Shown: one piece after another, positions 32,077 to 41,124 of the stretch
How positions within the stretch are numbered: position 1 is the first letter of the stretch
How the letters are laid out: each line of letters starts with the position of its first letter
Source: an uncultured virus (IMG/VR IMGVR_UViG_3300027901_000780)
Taxonomy: Duplodnaviria; Heunggongvirae; Uroviricota; Caudoviricetes
IMG/VR virus record: IMGVR_UViG_3300027901_000780
DNA: 64,000 nt
Direction: 5' to 3' (one strand)
Translations under genes and position numbers: made by a program
The notes under the pieces: model-generated
Told to the model about the DNA's origin: nothing
Databases searched by the model: none
The model's input: the letters and a program-made list of their open reading frames with translations, nothing else

Positions 32077-33309
32077 TTAACCACTTATACCCAACTTGTC
32101 AGCAAGTTCTGGTGGTATTCCTAATCCACCATCTTTACTTGTAAATTGTGGTCTTAATATCTCATCAAAAGACTTTCTTACAGCAGAACCCACCTCTGCA
32201 CCTAAATCTACATATTCTAATATTTGTAATGCAAAATTAACTACTGTAATTTTCATTTTATTCATTCTTATTTCTTTTGCAGTTATATCTGAAACTTCAT
32301 CAGCCATTTCTCCTATGTGATGTTTAAATTCTCTTTCCCTCTTAATAAAATCATGCCTCATTTTTTCATATTCTCTTATCCATTCTCTTCTTCTCATTTG
32401 ATGTTGTAAATCTAATTGATTAACTAAATTTATATTTTCAAATAATTCTGCTGGTTCTATCACCGCTTCATTTAATGATAAAGAATATATATTATTTTTA
32501 TCATTAATAAACTGGAATGGTCTATCTATCATATCAATTAAATTTACTTCCTTTACTAATTTATCAACATTTGGATTTATACTAATTCTCGCCCTTACCA
32601 TTTCATTTAATGTTTTTTCATTTATACTATCAACTGGTCTTGTATATAATTTCAATTCTCTTTTCTTTGTTGGTAATTGTCCATAAAATACAATTGTCTT
32701 TTTTTCTTCATTTGTTGCCTTTTCAAATAATTGTTCATCCATTAATTTAGGTTCTATATTTAATTTTATTAAATCTTCTTCCTTATAATATTCAATATCA
32801 CATTTTTCACATCTATAAACTTCAAATGTTTCTTGTTTTGTAACCTCCTTAGTTCCTAATATTTCACCATTCTCTAAATTTTTACTTATATTTTCTAATT
32901 GTTCTTTTGTTAATCTACTTAAATCTTTATTATTATATAATGTCCTCTTTATGTCTTTTAATATAATTGTCTTAAATACAATTGATTTACATTTTTTACA
33001 TGTTCTCCCCTTTTCAAATTTTCCATATAGCATATGAAACCCAAACATCTTAAATATAAAATATTGTCCCTCACTTCCATGTGCAAATATTAATTTACCT
33101 TTTCTCATAAACATTCTTTTTATATCTAAATAATGTAATAATATCCTTCCCATATATTGTCCTTCCCCTATTTTCAATCCTAATACCACTCTTTCTTCTA
33201 AATTCCATAATGTTATAATATATCCTAATGCAAATGCAAATATATTGAATACAATTATTGCACCCAATACAAATCCTATTAATAATATCACATAAAAATT
33301 TATATCCAT
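32077..33309 (-). CDS. Membrane-anchored protein with split Zn ribbon and coiled coil
   Basis: N-terminal TM; CKKC...CEKC. Confidence 0.8.
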   Translation of the reverse strand: MDINFYVILLIGFVLGAIIVFNIFAFALGYIITLWNLEERVVLGLKIGEGQYMGRILLHYLDIKRMFMRKGKLIFAHGSEGQYFIFKMFGFHMLYGKFEKGRTCKKCKSIVFKTIILKDIKRTLYNNKDLSRLTKEQLENISKNLENGEILGTKEVTKQETFEVYRCEKCDIEYYKEEDLIKLNIEPKLMDEQLFEKATNEEKKTIVFYGQLPTKKRELKLYTRPVDSINEKTLNEMVRARISINPNVDKLVKEVNLIDMIDRPFQFINDKNNIYSLSLNEAVIEPAELFENINLVNQLDLQHQMRRREWIREYEKMRHDFIKREREFKHHIGEMADEVSDITAKEIRMNKMKITVVNFALQILEYVDLGAEVGSAVRKSFDEILRPQFTSKDGGLGIPPELADKLGISG

Positions 33310-33840
33310 TTATATCATCTCCTTTATCTCTTCTTTTATTTCTTCAATTGGTATTACCATATAAAATTCATGATATTCAGGCATAGTTTTTCCCCTAAAG
33401 AATATTCTTTTTCCTCCTGCCTTCCTATATAATACTCCCCTATTTACTAATCTTTTTAATATATCTCCAACTTCTCTCCAATGTATTTTTTTACCAGTCT
33501 TTTCTTCTATTAAATTATATATTTCTTTTGTTCTAATTTTTTTATTCTCTCTTAAATAATTAATTAAAATAACTTTTACAATATCAAAATGGTCTGGTAT
33601 TTTACCTAATATTTCTACTTCACTAACTAATTTCTTTATATCACAACTCTTTTTAATTGCAATCATTTCAATATCACTAATTTTTAATTTTATATCATTT
33701 ATCTTTTTATCTATATCAGATGTACTAACACCTTCACTAATTAATAAGTTCTTTATTGCTTCAACCTTACTTAAATCTATATTATTTGTAAATAATAAAT
33801 TTGCTAAATTATTACAAGATAATTCTTCTAATTCTACCAT
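33310..33840 (-). CDS. Paired-Cys hairpin fused to winged helix-turn-helix
   Basis: LSCNNLA..SCDIKKL then RTKEIYNLI..WREVGDILKRLVNRGVL. Confidence 0.75.
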   Translation of the reverse strand: MVELEELSCNNLANLLFTNNIDLSKVEAIKNLLISEGVSTSDIDKKINDIKLKISDIEMIAIKKSCDIKKLVSEVEILGKIPDHFDIVKVILINYLRENKKIRTKEIYNLIEEKTGKKIHWREVGDILKRLVNRGVLYRKAGGKRIFFRGKTMPEYHEFYMVIPIEEIKEEIKEMI

Positions 33841-33871
33841 TTTTTATATCATTTTTAACTTATTTTTTATA

Positions 33872-34423
33872 TTATCTTAAATTTTTTAATTCACAACCTT
33901 TCATATATTCATATAATTTTCCTTTTGTTAAATGTTTTCCCTTTATACCCTTATAACTTCCCCTAATAATTAAATTTTTTATTAAATTATATGAATCAAT
34001 TTTATTTATATTTAATCCTAATGCAACTGATTCAACAATATAATTTATTTTATTTTCCTTTTTAATTATTTTATTCAATATTTCTTCTTTTTCTCCACTT
34101 TTCAATGTTATTATAGTTTTCCCTTTCCATAATTCTTTCAAAAATTTCTTATTAAAATTTTTTATTTCTTCATAAAATTTTTTTAATTTCTTTTCTCTTT
34201 CACTATATTCTCTTCCTATTTTTCTTCTTAATTTTATTAAATTATCTAATATATCTTCTGCTTCTCTTATTTCTACTAATTTTTCTGGATATTTCTTCCT
34301 CAATTCTTTTAATTTAATTCTTGTTATATTTACAAATTCCACAAAATTATGTTCAATTAAATCTTCAAATTTAATTCTTTCTTCTTTCATTTTTTTCCTT
34401 ATTTCTAATATTTCTTCACTCAT
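33872..34423 (-). CDS. CxxKKL family protein
   Basis: Ends GCELKNLR. Confidence 0.8.
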   Translation of the reverse strand: MSEEILEIRKKMKEERIKFEDLIEHNFVEFVNITRIKLKELRKKYPEKLVEIREAEDILDNLIKLRRKIGREYSEREKKLKKFYEEIKNFNKKFLKELWKGKTIITLKSGEKEEILNKIIKKENKINYIVESVALGLNINKIDSYNLIKNLIIRGSYKGIKGKHLTKGKLYEYMKGCELKNLR

Positions 34424-34453
34424 CTATTATAATTCTCCATATTACCATGAATT

Positions 34454-34669
34454 TTATTTAATCTTTTTCAATATACAATCCTTTTCTTTTGCAATTTCCT
34501 CAATTATTTTAATTCTACTATTAATATATTTTTTCAATTCTCCTCTACTAAATTCACTTAATTCTAATTCTTCTATCATTTGAAAAGCATCAACACTCAA
34601 CATTTCATATTCTTTTTGTAAATCTTCACAAGACATTCTTTTAATTACTCTCAACCATAATTCTGACAT
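34454..34669 (-). CDS. Minimal CxxKKL hairpin protein
   Basis: MSCEDLQ...DCILKKIK. Confidence 0.85.
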   Translation of the reverse strand: MSELWLRVIKRMSCEDLQKEYEMLSVDAFQMIEELELSEFSRGELKKYINSRIKIIEEIAKEKDCILKKIK

Positions 34670-34672
34670 TTA

Positions 34673-34987
34673 TTAAATCATCCTTATATCACATTGTCTT
34701 ATTATTTTATTTAAATTCCAAGATTCTTCTTCACTAAACTTAATTAATTGATTAATATTATTTATATTATAATCTCTTCTCAATCTTTCAAATATACAAT
34801 CTAAAATTGCTATGTTTTTTCCTACTTTAAATCCACTTTCTGACATCTCTTTTAGATAATTATGTAATATTGGTATTTCTTCTACTGCCTCTGCTATCCT
34901 ATTAAAAAACATTGATTCATTTACCATATCTTGTGCTAAAGTACTAATACCTAATATACTCCTTACATATTCCCCATCCTTTGACAT
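34673..34987 (-). CDS. Degenerate paralog of the ferritin-like protein at 26145
   Basis: EEIPILHNYLKEM vs EEIPELKEMFAGM; DCIFERL..QCDIRMI. Confidence 0.75.
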   Translation of the reverse strand: MSKDGEYVRSILGISTLAQDMVNESMFFNRIAEAVEEIPILHNYLKEMSESGFKVGKNIAILDCIFERLRRDYNINNINQLIKFSEEESWNLNKIIRQCDIRMI

Positions 34988-34989
34988 AA

Positions 34990-35445
34990 TTAAAATACCC
35001 CTAACACTTTTCTTCTCTTTTCTGGTATTATTTTACTCACATATTCTGGTTTAAACCAATACCTCCCATATTCTGCTGTCCATACCTTATATCCCTTTTC
35101 TTTATCAATATCTTCTACCTTTCCAGTTGTTGATACCAAACCACTTATCATTACATTTACTTGTTCTCCTATTTCAATTGGTTTTTCCTTTTTACCATTA
35201 GACATTATCATTTCTGTTATATTTAATTCTATTGGTATAATTATTTTTTTAATTATACAACTTTTACTTTTTAATGTATTTAATATATTATTTAATTCTA
35301 TTTGTCTTTCTGTAATTTGTCCTTCACTTACATTTATACCAACATTTTTTAATTGATTTATTAAATATAATTCTTCACCCTTTTTCTTATATATTTTATT
35401 TAATTCTTCACAATCTTTTTCTTTTATTTCTTTTAGACTTAACAT
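34990..35445 (-). CDS. Paired-Cys hairpin fused to SH3/KOW-like barrel
   Basis: KDCEELN..SCIIKKI then IEIGEQVNV..GKVEDI..GYKVW. Confidence 0.7.
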   Translation of the reverse strand: MLSLKEIKEKDCEELNKIYKKKGEELYLINQLKNVGINVSEGQITERQIELNNILNTLKSKSCIIKKIIIPIELNITEMIMSNGKKEKPIEIGEQVNVMISGLVSTTGKVEDIDKEKGYKVWTAEYGRYWFKPEYVSKIIPEKRRKVLGVF

Positions 35446-35457
35446 AATATATTACTC

Positions 35458-35844
35458 CTATATTTTCTTTATTTCACAATCTTTCTCTCTAAATAGTTTT
35501 TCTAATGCCTTTTTTTCTTCTTTCCATTGATTTATTTGTTGTTCTCTTAATGGATGATAAGGTAATATACTCTCCATAGTTATAAGTATATTTAAATTTG
35601 ATATTGCTTTATCCACATTTTCACATGGTTGTTCTTCATATTTTTCTAATGTTCTTAATTTTTCTAATTCCACAAATATTTCATTACTTACTGTTTTTAC
35701 TCTTTCTCCAGTTCTTGTTTTTACTGTTTTTATATCTGAATATTCTAATACATCTTTCTCTCTTAAAAACATTTCATCATTATAAGTAAGTACTCTTGTT
35801 TGCCTTCCAAATTCATCAAACACATATCTAACTATATCACTCAT
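35458..35844 (-). CDS. CxxKKL family protein
   Basis: PCENVD...DCEIKKI. Confidence 0.85.
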   Translation of the reverse strand: MSDIVRYVFDEFGRQTRVLTYNDEMFLREKDVLEYSDIKTVKTRTGERVKTVSNEIFVELEKLRTLEKYEEQPCENVDKAISNLNILITMESILPYHPLREQQINQWKEEKKALEKLFREKDCEIKKI

Positions 35845-35856
35845 ATCTATTATCTC

Positions 35857-36183
35857 CTATAACCTTTTTAATCCACATTCCATAATTTTATCCTTAAATA
35901 ATTCTACTGTTTCTTTTAACTTTTCTTTAGCATCTATAAATAATTTATTTATATAAAATTCTTCTATTATATCTATATTAACATTAATATGTTCAATCTC
36001 TACTCCACTACAATTATCCTTTAATTCTATTATTATTTCTCTAATATTATCAAAATATTGAACCACATTTTCAAAATCAGTATATTTATTTAATAATTTC
36101 CTTAATTCATCTGTTGTATTTAAAAAAGTAATTATATCTTTTCCACATTCACATGATGTATCTTCTTCTCCCATATATATCAT
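35857..36183 (-). CDS. CxxKKL family helical protein
   Basis: SCECGK...ECGLKRL. Confidence 0.85.
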   Translation of the reverse strand: MIYMGEEDTSCECGKDIITFLNTTDELRKLLNKYTDFENVVQYFDNIREIIIELKDNCSGVEIEHINVNIDIIEEFYINKLFIDAKEKLKETVELFKDKIMECGLKRL

Positions 36184-36212
36184 CTCCTTATTTTATTTAT
36201 CTTATAATTATT

Positions 36213-36566
36213 CTAAAAAATTGTTGGAAATTTTGATAATACTTTCTTTATATCTTTTTCTATACTTTCTGGTGTTAAATCAGTTTCACCACCCATCTCT
36301 ATAAATTCTTTCATACTCTCTTTACTCTTTTCTAAAAAATTTAAATGTACCCCTAATGCTTGACATCCTAATAACATTCCATCTAATTTTTCTAATAAAT
36401 TCTCTTCACCAATAGACCATATATCTCCTCCAATAATCATTCTTCCTCTTATACCTATTCCTTGCATTAATCTTATTTCTCCATCACTTATTTCAACATG
36501 TAAATTTATTCCACAAAATTCATTTATCTTTTCTATTTTTTTCTTTATTTTCTCTTCAAATTCCAT
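36213..36566 (-). CDS. Hypothetical protein
   Basis: ORF in operon; two Cys. Confidence 0.8.
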   Translation of the reverse strand: MEFEEKIKKKIEKINEFCGINLHVEISDGEIRLMQGIGIRGRMIIGGDIWSIGEENLLEKLDGMLLGCQALGVHLNFLEKSKESMKEFIEMGGETDLTPESIEKDIKKVLSKFPTIF

Positions 36567-36579
36567 TTATAACACTATC

Positions 36580-36885
36580 CTACATTTTCTTACTTTCACA
36601 ACTTTTTTCTAATTCTCTCAATTCTCTTAAATTACCTAATATTTCTGTTTGAGAACCATCCATAATAAGCATTTGATCTTGTATTACTTTTGGTATTTGT
36701 TGCCAATCCATCTTCTTTATATCATCCATTTTTAAATTAAATGCTGAAAGTAAATTAAGATATTCATTTCTTGCTGTATCATGTTTATCTAAATTCCAAT
36801 ATATTATATTTTTTTTCTTTTCTATTTCTTCATTACATTCTTCTAATTCAAATATAGTAATTTTTTCTTCTCCCATATTTATCAC
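36580..36885 (-). CDS. CxxKKL family hairpin protein
   Basis: EECNEEI...SCESKKM. Confidence 0.85.
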   Translation of the reverse strand: MINMGEEKITIFELEECNEEIEKKKNIIYWNLDKHDTARNEYLNLLSAFNLKMDDIKKMDWQQIPKVIQDQMLIMDGSQTEILGNLRELRELEKSCESKKM

Positions 36886-36886
36886 C

Positions 36887-37129
36887 CTATAATTTTTTCA
36901 ATTCACATTTATTATCTTTTGCCAATTCTTCAATTAACTCAAGTTTTTTCTCTTGTATCCTTATATCACCAACAAATTCTTTTGTTACCTTTTCATAATA
37001 TTGAGGCATTGTATATAACAATTCATCCTCTAAATCCTGTTGTAATATTCTTATATTTTCTTTAATTCTATTATATTCTTGTTGTAATATTCTTGAACAT
37101 ATTTCTATCTTTCCTTCTTCAATAATCAT
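36887..37129 (-). CDS. CxxKKL family hairpin protein
   Basis: EICSRIL...KCELKKL. Confidence 0.85.
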   Translation of the reverse strand: MIIEEGKIEICSRILQQEYNRIKENIRILQQDLEDELLYTMPQYYEKVTKEFVGDIRIQEKKLELIEELAKDNKCELKKL

Positions 37130-37141
37130 TTTTTCATCTCC

Positions 37142-37780
37142 CTATAAATTTAATATCTTCTTTTTTGCTTCTCCACTTAATCCTATTAATCTATAACCTT
37201 CTCTCCTCATATCTAATAATAAATTTATTACTCTTTCCGATAAAATAATTTTCTCCCGTTCTAAAAATATAATTTCATCTATAATTTCTTTTAATCCTTC
37301 TGGTAATATATATTCACTTGGATTTAAATATATAGAACCAAAATGTGATTCATTTCTAACCTTTTTCTCATATTGTTTTTTTAATTCATCAACTTTTTCA
37401 ACAATAATATCATATTCACTTATATACATTTCATTTAGTTTTTCACACTTATTAATATATTTTATATATATTTCAAATTTCTTGAAACCATCCTTATTCT
37501 TAGAATCAATATTTAAATTATTTTCAGATATATCTCTTTCAAAATTTATATCTGGTATTATTTCTATTAATGGTTTAATATTATTACCACTACTTAATAA
37601 CATATCCCTATTTTTTTCTTTTTCTATTTCTAATTCTTTGGTTAATTGCATATTTTTATTAAGTAATGTTTGTATAACCCTTATCTTTGTTTCTAATTCT
37701 ATTTCTAATCTTTTTTCTTTGGTATTAACCTTCACCCCAATTTTATCAACTTTATTTTTTTGTTGAAATGTAATATTCAT
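37142..37780 (-). CDS. Coiled-coil protein, paralog of 27111-27623
   Basis: KNMQL..KPLIEIIP..SIYLNP. Confidence 0.8.
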   Translation of the reverse strand: MNITFQQKNKVDKIGVKVNTKEKRLEIELETKIRVIQTLLNKNMQLTKELEIEKEKNRDMLLSSGNNIKPLIEIIPDINFERDISENNLNIDSKNKDGFKKFEIYIKYINKCEKLNEMYISEYDIIVEKVDELKKQYEKKVRNESHFGSIYLNPSEYILPEGLKEIIDEIIFLEREKIILSERVINLLLDMRREGYRLIGLSGEAKKKILNL

Positions 37781-37793
37781 AATTCTTCTTCCA

Positions 37794-38051
37794 TTATTTA
37801 GTACTAATTATCATATATTTATTTCTATTTCCTTCTTTTCCTGTTATTTTTATTAGATTATTTCTTAATAAATTTTCTATTGTACCCCTTATTTTATTAT
37901 ATACCATATTAATATCTCTATTTATTTCTCTTATTGTACAATTAGGATTATTTTTTATATAATTATATATTTCTAATCTTCTTTCTCTTGCTTTTTCTAC
38001 TATTATATTTTTACTTATATTAAATAGTAGATTTGAATGTATAATTCCCAT
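37794..38051 (-). CDS. Winged helix-turn-helix protein
   Basis: EIYNYIKNNPNCTIREINRDINM..IENLLRNNLI. Confidence 0.75.
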   Translation of the reverse strand: MGIIHSNLLFNISKNIIVEKARERRLEIYNYIKNNPNCTIREINRDINMVYNKIRGTIENLLRNNLIKITGKEGNRNKYMIISTK

Positions 38052-38404
38052 TATTATTTCTTCCTATTTTATGTATTGCAATATCATTTGTCGAATTGTT
38101 TTGTATCTTCGACATATATCTAAATAATTGGAGTTATTTGTATAAAAATCTTGCTAAGGCATTTTTTGAAAAGTTGTCATAACATAATAATTATTCCTCA
38201 ATAAAGTTACATATATAAACAAAATAATACACAAAACAAGATATAAATAATTTTATCCAAAACTAAATTTTTACCTATATATTATTACTGTTTTATTATG
38301 TTCTATAACTTTGTTAATGACATATATCTTCATTCTATATTTATTATAATTTTACCTTAATGTATATATTCCCCATATTCACTTAGTGGAAATAAAGTGT
38401 TGAG

Positions 38405-38434
38405 CAGACCGCCTTCGTTCAGAAGGGCGGTCTG
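38405..38434. other. GC-rich inverted repeat (hairpin)
   Basis: CAGACCGCC-TTCGTTCAGAAG-GGCGGTCTG: perfect 9-bp stem, extendable by TTC/GAA with a bulge. Confidence 0.85.
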
Positions 38435-38624
38435 TGAAACAATTAGAATATATATTATATATATTTATAGTATTATTTTAGATAATTATATATATTCAAT
38501 AGGAACATTATGTTCAATATTTATTATAATTTATATATATTAAAATATATATACCTCTATATATTCATTTAATATAAAAAAATAAATGAATTTTATATAT
38601 ATGGCATTTTTGTGTATCTCATTT

Positions 38625-38652
38625 CCCTATCCACCCCCACCCAACCCCACCC
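38625..38652 (-). other. G-quadruplex-type G-run cluster
   Basis: Minus strand GGGTGGGGTTGGGTGGGGGTGGATAGGG: five runs of 3 or more G. Confidence 0.8.
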
Positions 38653-39348
38653 TATGATACTCCTATAATATTTTTTTTCTTATTTATTAGATGTCATTCT
38701 ATTGCATAGTTATTCATTGTTTATCTATTTTATTTTATTGTTACTTTATATCATAAACAAAAAAATATATTATTAAATAAAATAAAAAATAAAATAATAA
38801 AAAAAAATAATAAAATAAAATAATAATTTTTTAAAAATGTAATAAATGATAGATAATAATACTATAATTATATATTAGATTATAGTTATACATAAAGATA
38901 AGATAAAGAGATATAAAGATAAATAAAAAGAAAGAAAAAATACATGAAAATACATAACAAGACATATAAAAAAATAATCTTGAAAAAAAGTCAAAATATT
39001 TTTATTTTTTTTTTATAACTTTTTTAAAATATAATAGAAGAAAGAAAAATATAACTAATTTTTGTATTATAAAGTTACATTGTTAAATATTATTAATAGA
39101 TTAAACATAATTAATTAATTATATTTATATATTTCATACCATTTTAAGAACAAAAATTATATTAGAAAAACCCGCCTTTTTTACCTTATTTATAGGAATA
39201 AATTTGTGTATGAAATATTTTTATAAATATTTTATGGAGTTTTCACTTTTTTAGTGTAAAAATATGATAAAAATTAGTTATTATTTATTATATTATATTT
39301 AAAAAAATAGTTTAAAAATTAAAAAAAGAGAAAAAAATTGTATTTATT

Positions 39349-39696
39349 TTATTTTGGTTTTACTGTACCTTTAATGACTTTCTTGCCACCTACTTTTTCT
39401 TCAACCTTTACCCAAAAGATTGATTTACCTTCGTATCCCTTTCGTACTTTTGCAAATGTACTCTTTAAGTCTGTTACTGTTCTGAATTTACCTGCATCAA
39501 TACATGCTTTTCCTGCATCAGAAATTTCTTTCTTTGTTGGTACATAATCACCTGTTAATAGCATTGCTGTTAATTCGGATGCTGTGATTCCTTTTATTTT
39601 GGCAAGGTTTCTGATAAGACACATGAATTGTGGTACGTTTTCTCCAATCATTGCTTCTTTAAGTAGTCCTTTAAATTTACCTTTAAAATCAACCAT
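39349..39696 (-). CDS. Small basic protein, isolated transcription unit; candidate abundant nucleoprotein/structural protein
   Basis: MVDFKGKFK...; Lys-rich tail; GGAGAG RBS; T-rich tracts downstream. Confidence 0.85.
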   Translation of the reverse strand: MVDFKGKFKGLLKEAMIGENVPQFMCLIRNLAKIKGITASELTAMLLTGDYVPTKKEISDAGKACIDAGKFRTVTDLKSTFAKVRKGYEGKSIFWVKVEEKVGGKKVIKGTVKPK

Positions 39697-39855
39697 TTTA
39701 CATCTCTCCATTATTTATTTTTATATACAATATTTCCTTTATTACTATATAATTGTTTGTTATTGTGTATATATGTTATTTATTTATTCTTTATATGTAT
39801 ATTTAAAATTATGTAATATAATAAAGAAAGTATTGCCAAAGTAACATTTTATTTA

Positions 39856-39875
39856 CTTTTATATAAAGGTTTTGA
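39856..39875 (-). promoter_or_regulatory. Archaeal BRE/TATA promoter, probably for 39349-39696
   Basis: Minus strand CAAAACCTTTATATAAAAG. Confidence 0.5.
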
Positions 39876-40140
39876 AAGTAAATACAAATATTTTTTATAT
39901 ATTATATATTATTATAAAATTTTTTTGATATATTTTTCTTTCTTATTTGAAATATTTGTTTATGTGTTTTTGTTTAGTGTATATTTATGTATTTTGTTGG
40001 TATGGAATTTATGTAATGTATAATTGAGAATAGATATATATATAGTATTGTTTGAATTAATAATATAATATGTTATATATGTTAAATGCTCTAATTTTAG
40101 ATAAGTGTAACTTTATCTCTCTTAATCTCTCTCTATTTAA

Positions 40141-40160
40141 CAAAGAAAACATTTATATAG
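40141..40160 (+). promoter_or_regulatory. Archaeal BRE/TATA promoter for the right arm
   Basis: CAAAGAAAACATTTATATAG upstream of the first plus-strand gene. Confidence 0.5.
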
Positions 40161-40311
40161 GAGAAAGAAGAATTTCTTTATCAACTATAATCCAAATAAA
40201 TCTTACATATTTTTGAATGATAAACAAAATTAAATAGTAAATTAAATATATATTATAAATAAAAATGTGAATAAGTAATATATAAAAAATATAAAGGAAG
40301 TGGTATAAAAT

Positions 40312-40908
40312 ATGCCATTTAAAGAATATACTGAAATAATAAGTGATAATAAAGAAAAAAGAAAAGAAAGAAGAAAATTAAGGAAAATAAATAAAATAAA
40401 AGAAGAATATTATGATATTAGAAATAATTTTATTGGTGTAATATCAAATATAATATCTAATGAAGATAATCTTGATAATAAATTAAAAGAAATACTTAGA
40501 AATGGTGTTCAATTTATTTCAATAAAGATGGAAGATATAAAAAATTCAAAAAGTGATGAAGAGAGAAATTTTGAAATATTAGAATATATACATAAACTAT
40601 TAGATATATATAAAAATTTAGAAATATTATGGACTGATAAAAAAAGAAAATATATTAAAATGAATAAAGAAGAAAACATTAGTGTATTAATTAAGAAAGA
40701 AACAAAAAATGATATTATAGAAAAATTGAAAATAATGAAAATATTAAATAAATTAGTAATAAGTGCCATAGAAATGTATGAATTAATATATGAAGATAAT
40801 GAATTTAATTTAAGACAGGTATTAATAAATAAATATCAACAATATTCAATATATATGAAAAAGATAAATTTTGATTATGTATATAAAGTTGAAATTAATA
40901 AAGAATGA
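40312..40908 (+). CDS. Hypothetical protein, MPF N-terminus
   Basis: MPFKEY... Confidence 0.8.
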   Translation: MPFKEYTEIISDNKEKRKERRKLRKINKIKEEYYDIRNNFIGVISNIISNEDNLDNKLKEILRNGVQFISIKMEDIKNSKSDEERNFEILEYIHKLLDIYKNLEILWTDKKRKYIKMNKEENISVLIKKETKNDIIEKLKIMKILNKLVISAIEMYELIYEDNEFNLRQVLINKYQQYSIYMKKINFDYVYKVEINKE

Positions 40909-41120
40909 AATATATTATTCGTAAAAAATTTATATTATATGGATGCAAAATGTTATCAATGGATATAATAATAAATAAAATCAGAAAATTATTTAAGTTA
41001 TTAAATGAAATGGGATATAATATAATATATACAGAAGTGGTTTCTGGATATATTATATTATCTAAAAATAATAAGTTATATGAATCAAATATAAAAAAAT
41101 TATTAAATAAAATGAAGTGA
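40905..41120 (+). CDS. Hypothetical protein
   Basis: Short ORF overlapping the upstream gene end. Confidence 0.6.
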   Translation: MKYIIRKKFILYGCKMLSMDIIINKIRKLFKLLNEMGYNIIYTEVVSGYIILSKNNKLYESNIKKLLNKMK

Positions 41121-41124
41121 TTTA

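Noticed and set aside
20351..37129. Reading the terminal Cys motif as a classical CaaX prenylation box
   Set aside because: Cys is 6-7 residues from the end rather than 4, the following residues are charged, and the motif also occurs internally; no prenyltransferase seen
3059..37766. Plus-strand ORFs in the left arm (e.g. 3059, 9332, 12146, 27784, 30013)
   Set aside because: Antisense shadows of real minus-strand genes; S/F/L-rich composition and no RBS
38052..40311. CRISPR array, tRNA or iteron repeats in the long intergenic region
   Set aside because: No regularly spaced repeats or cloverleaf; only low-complexity A/T tracts
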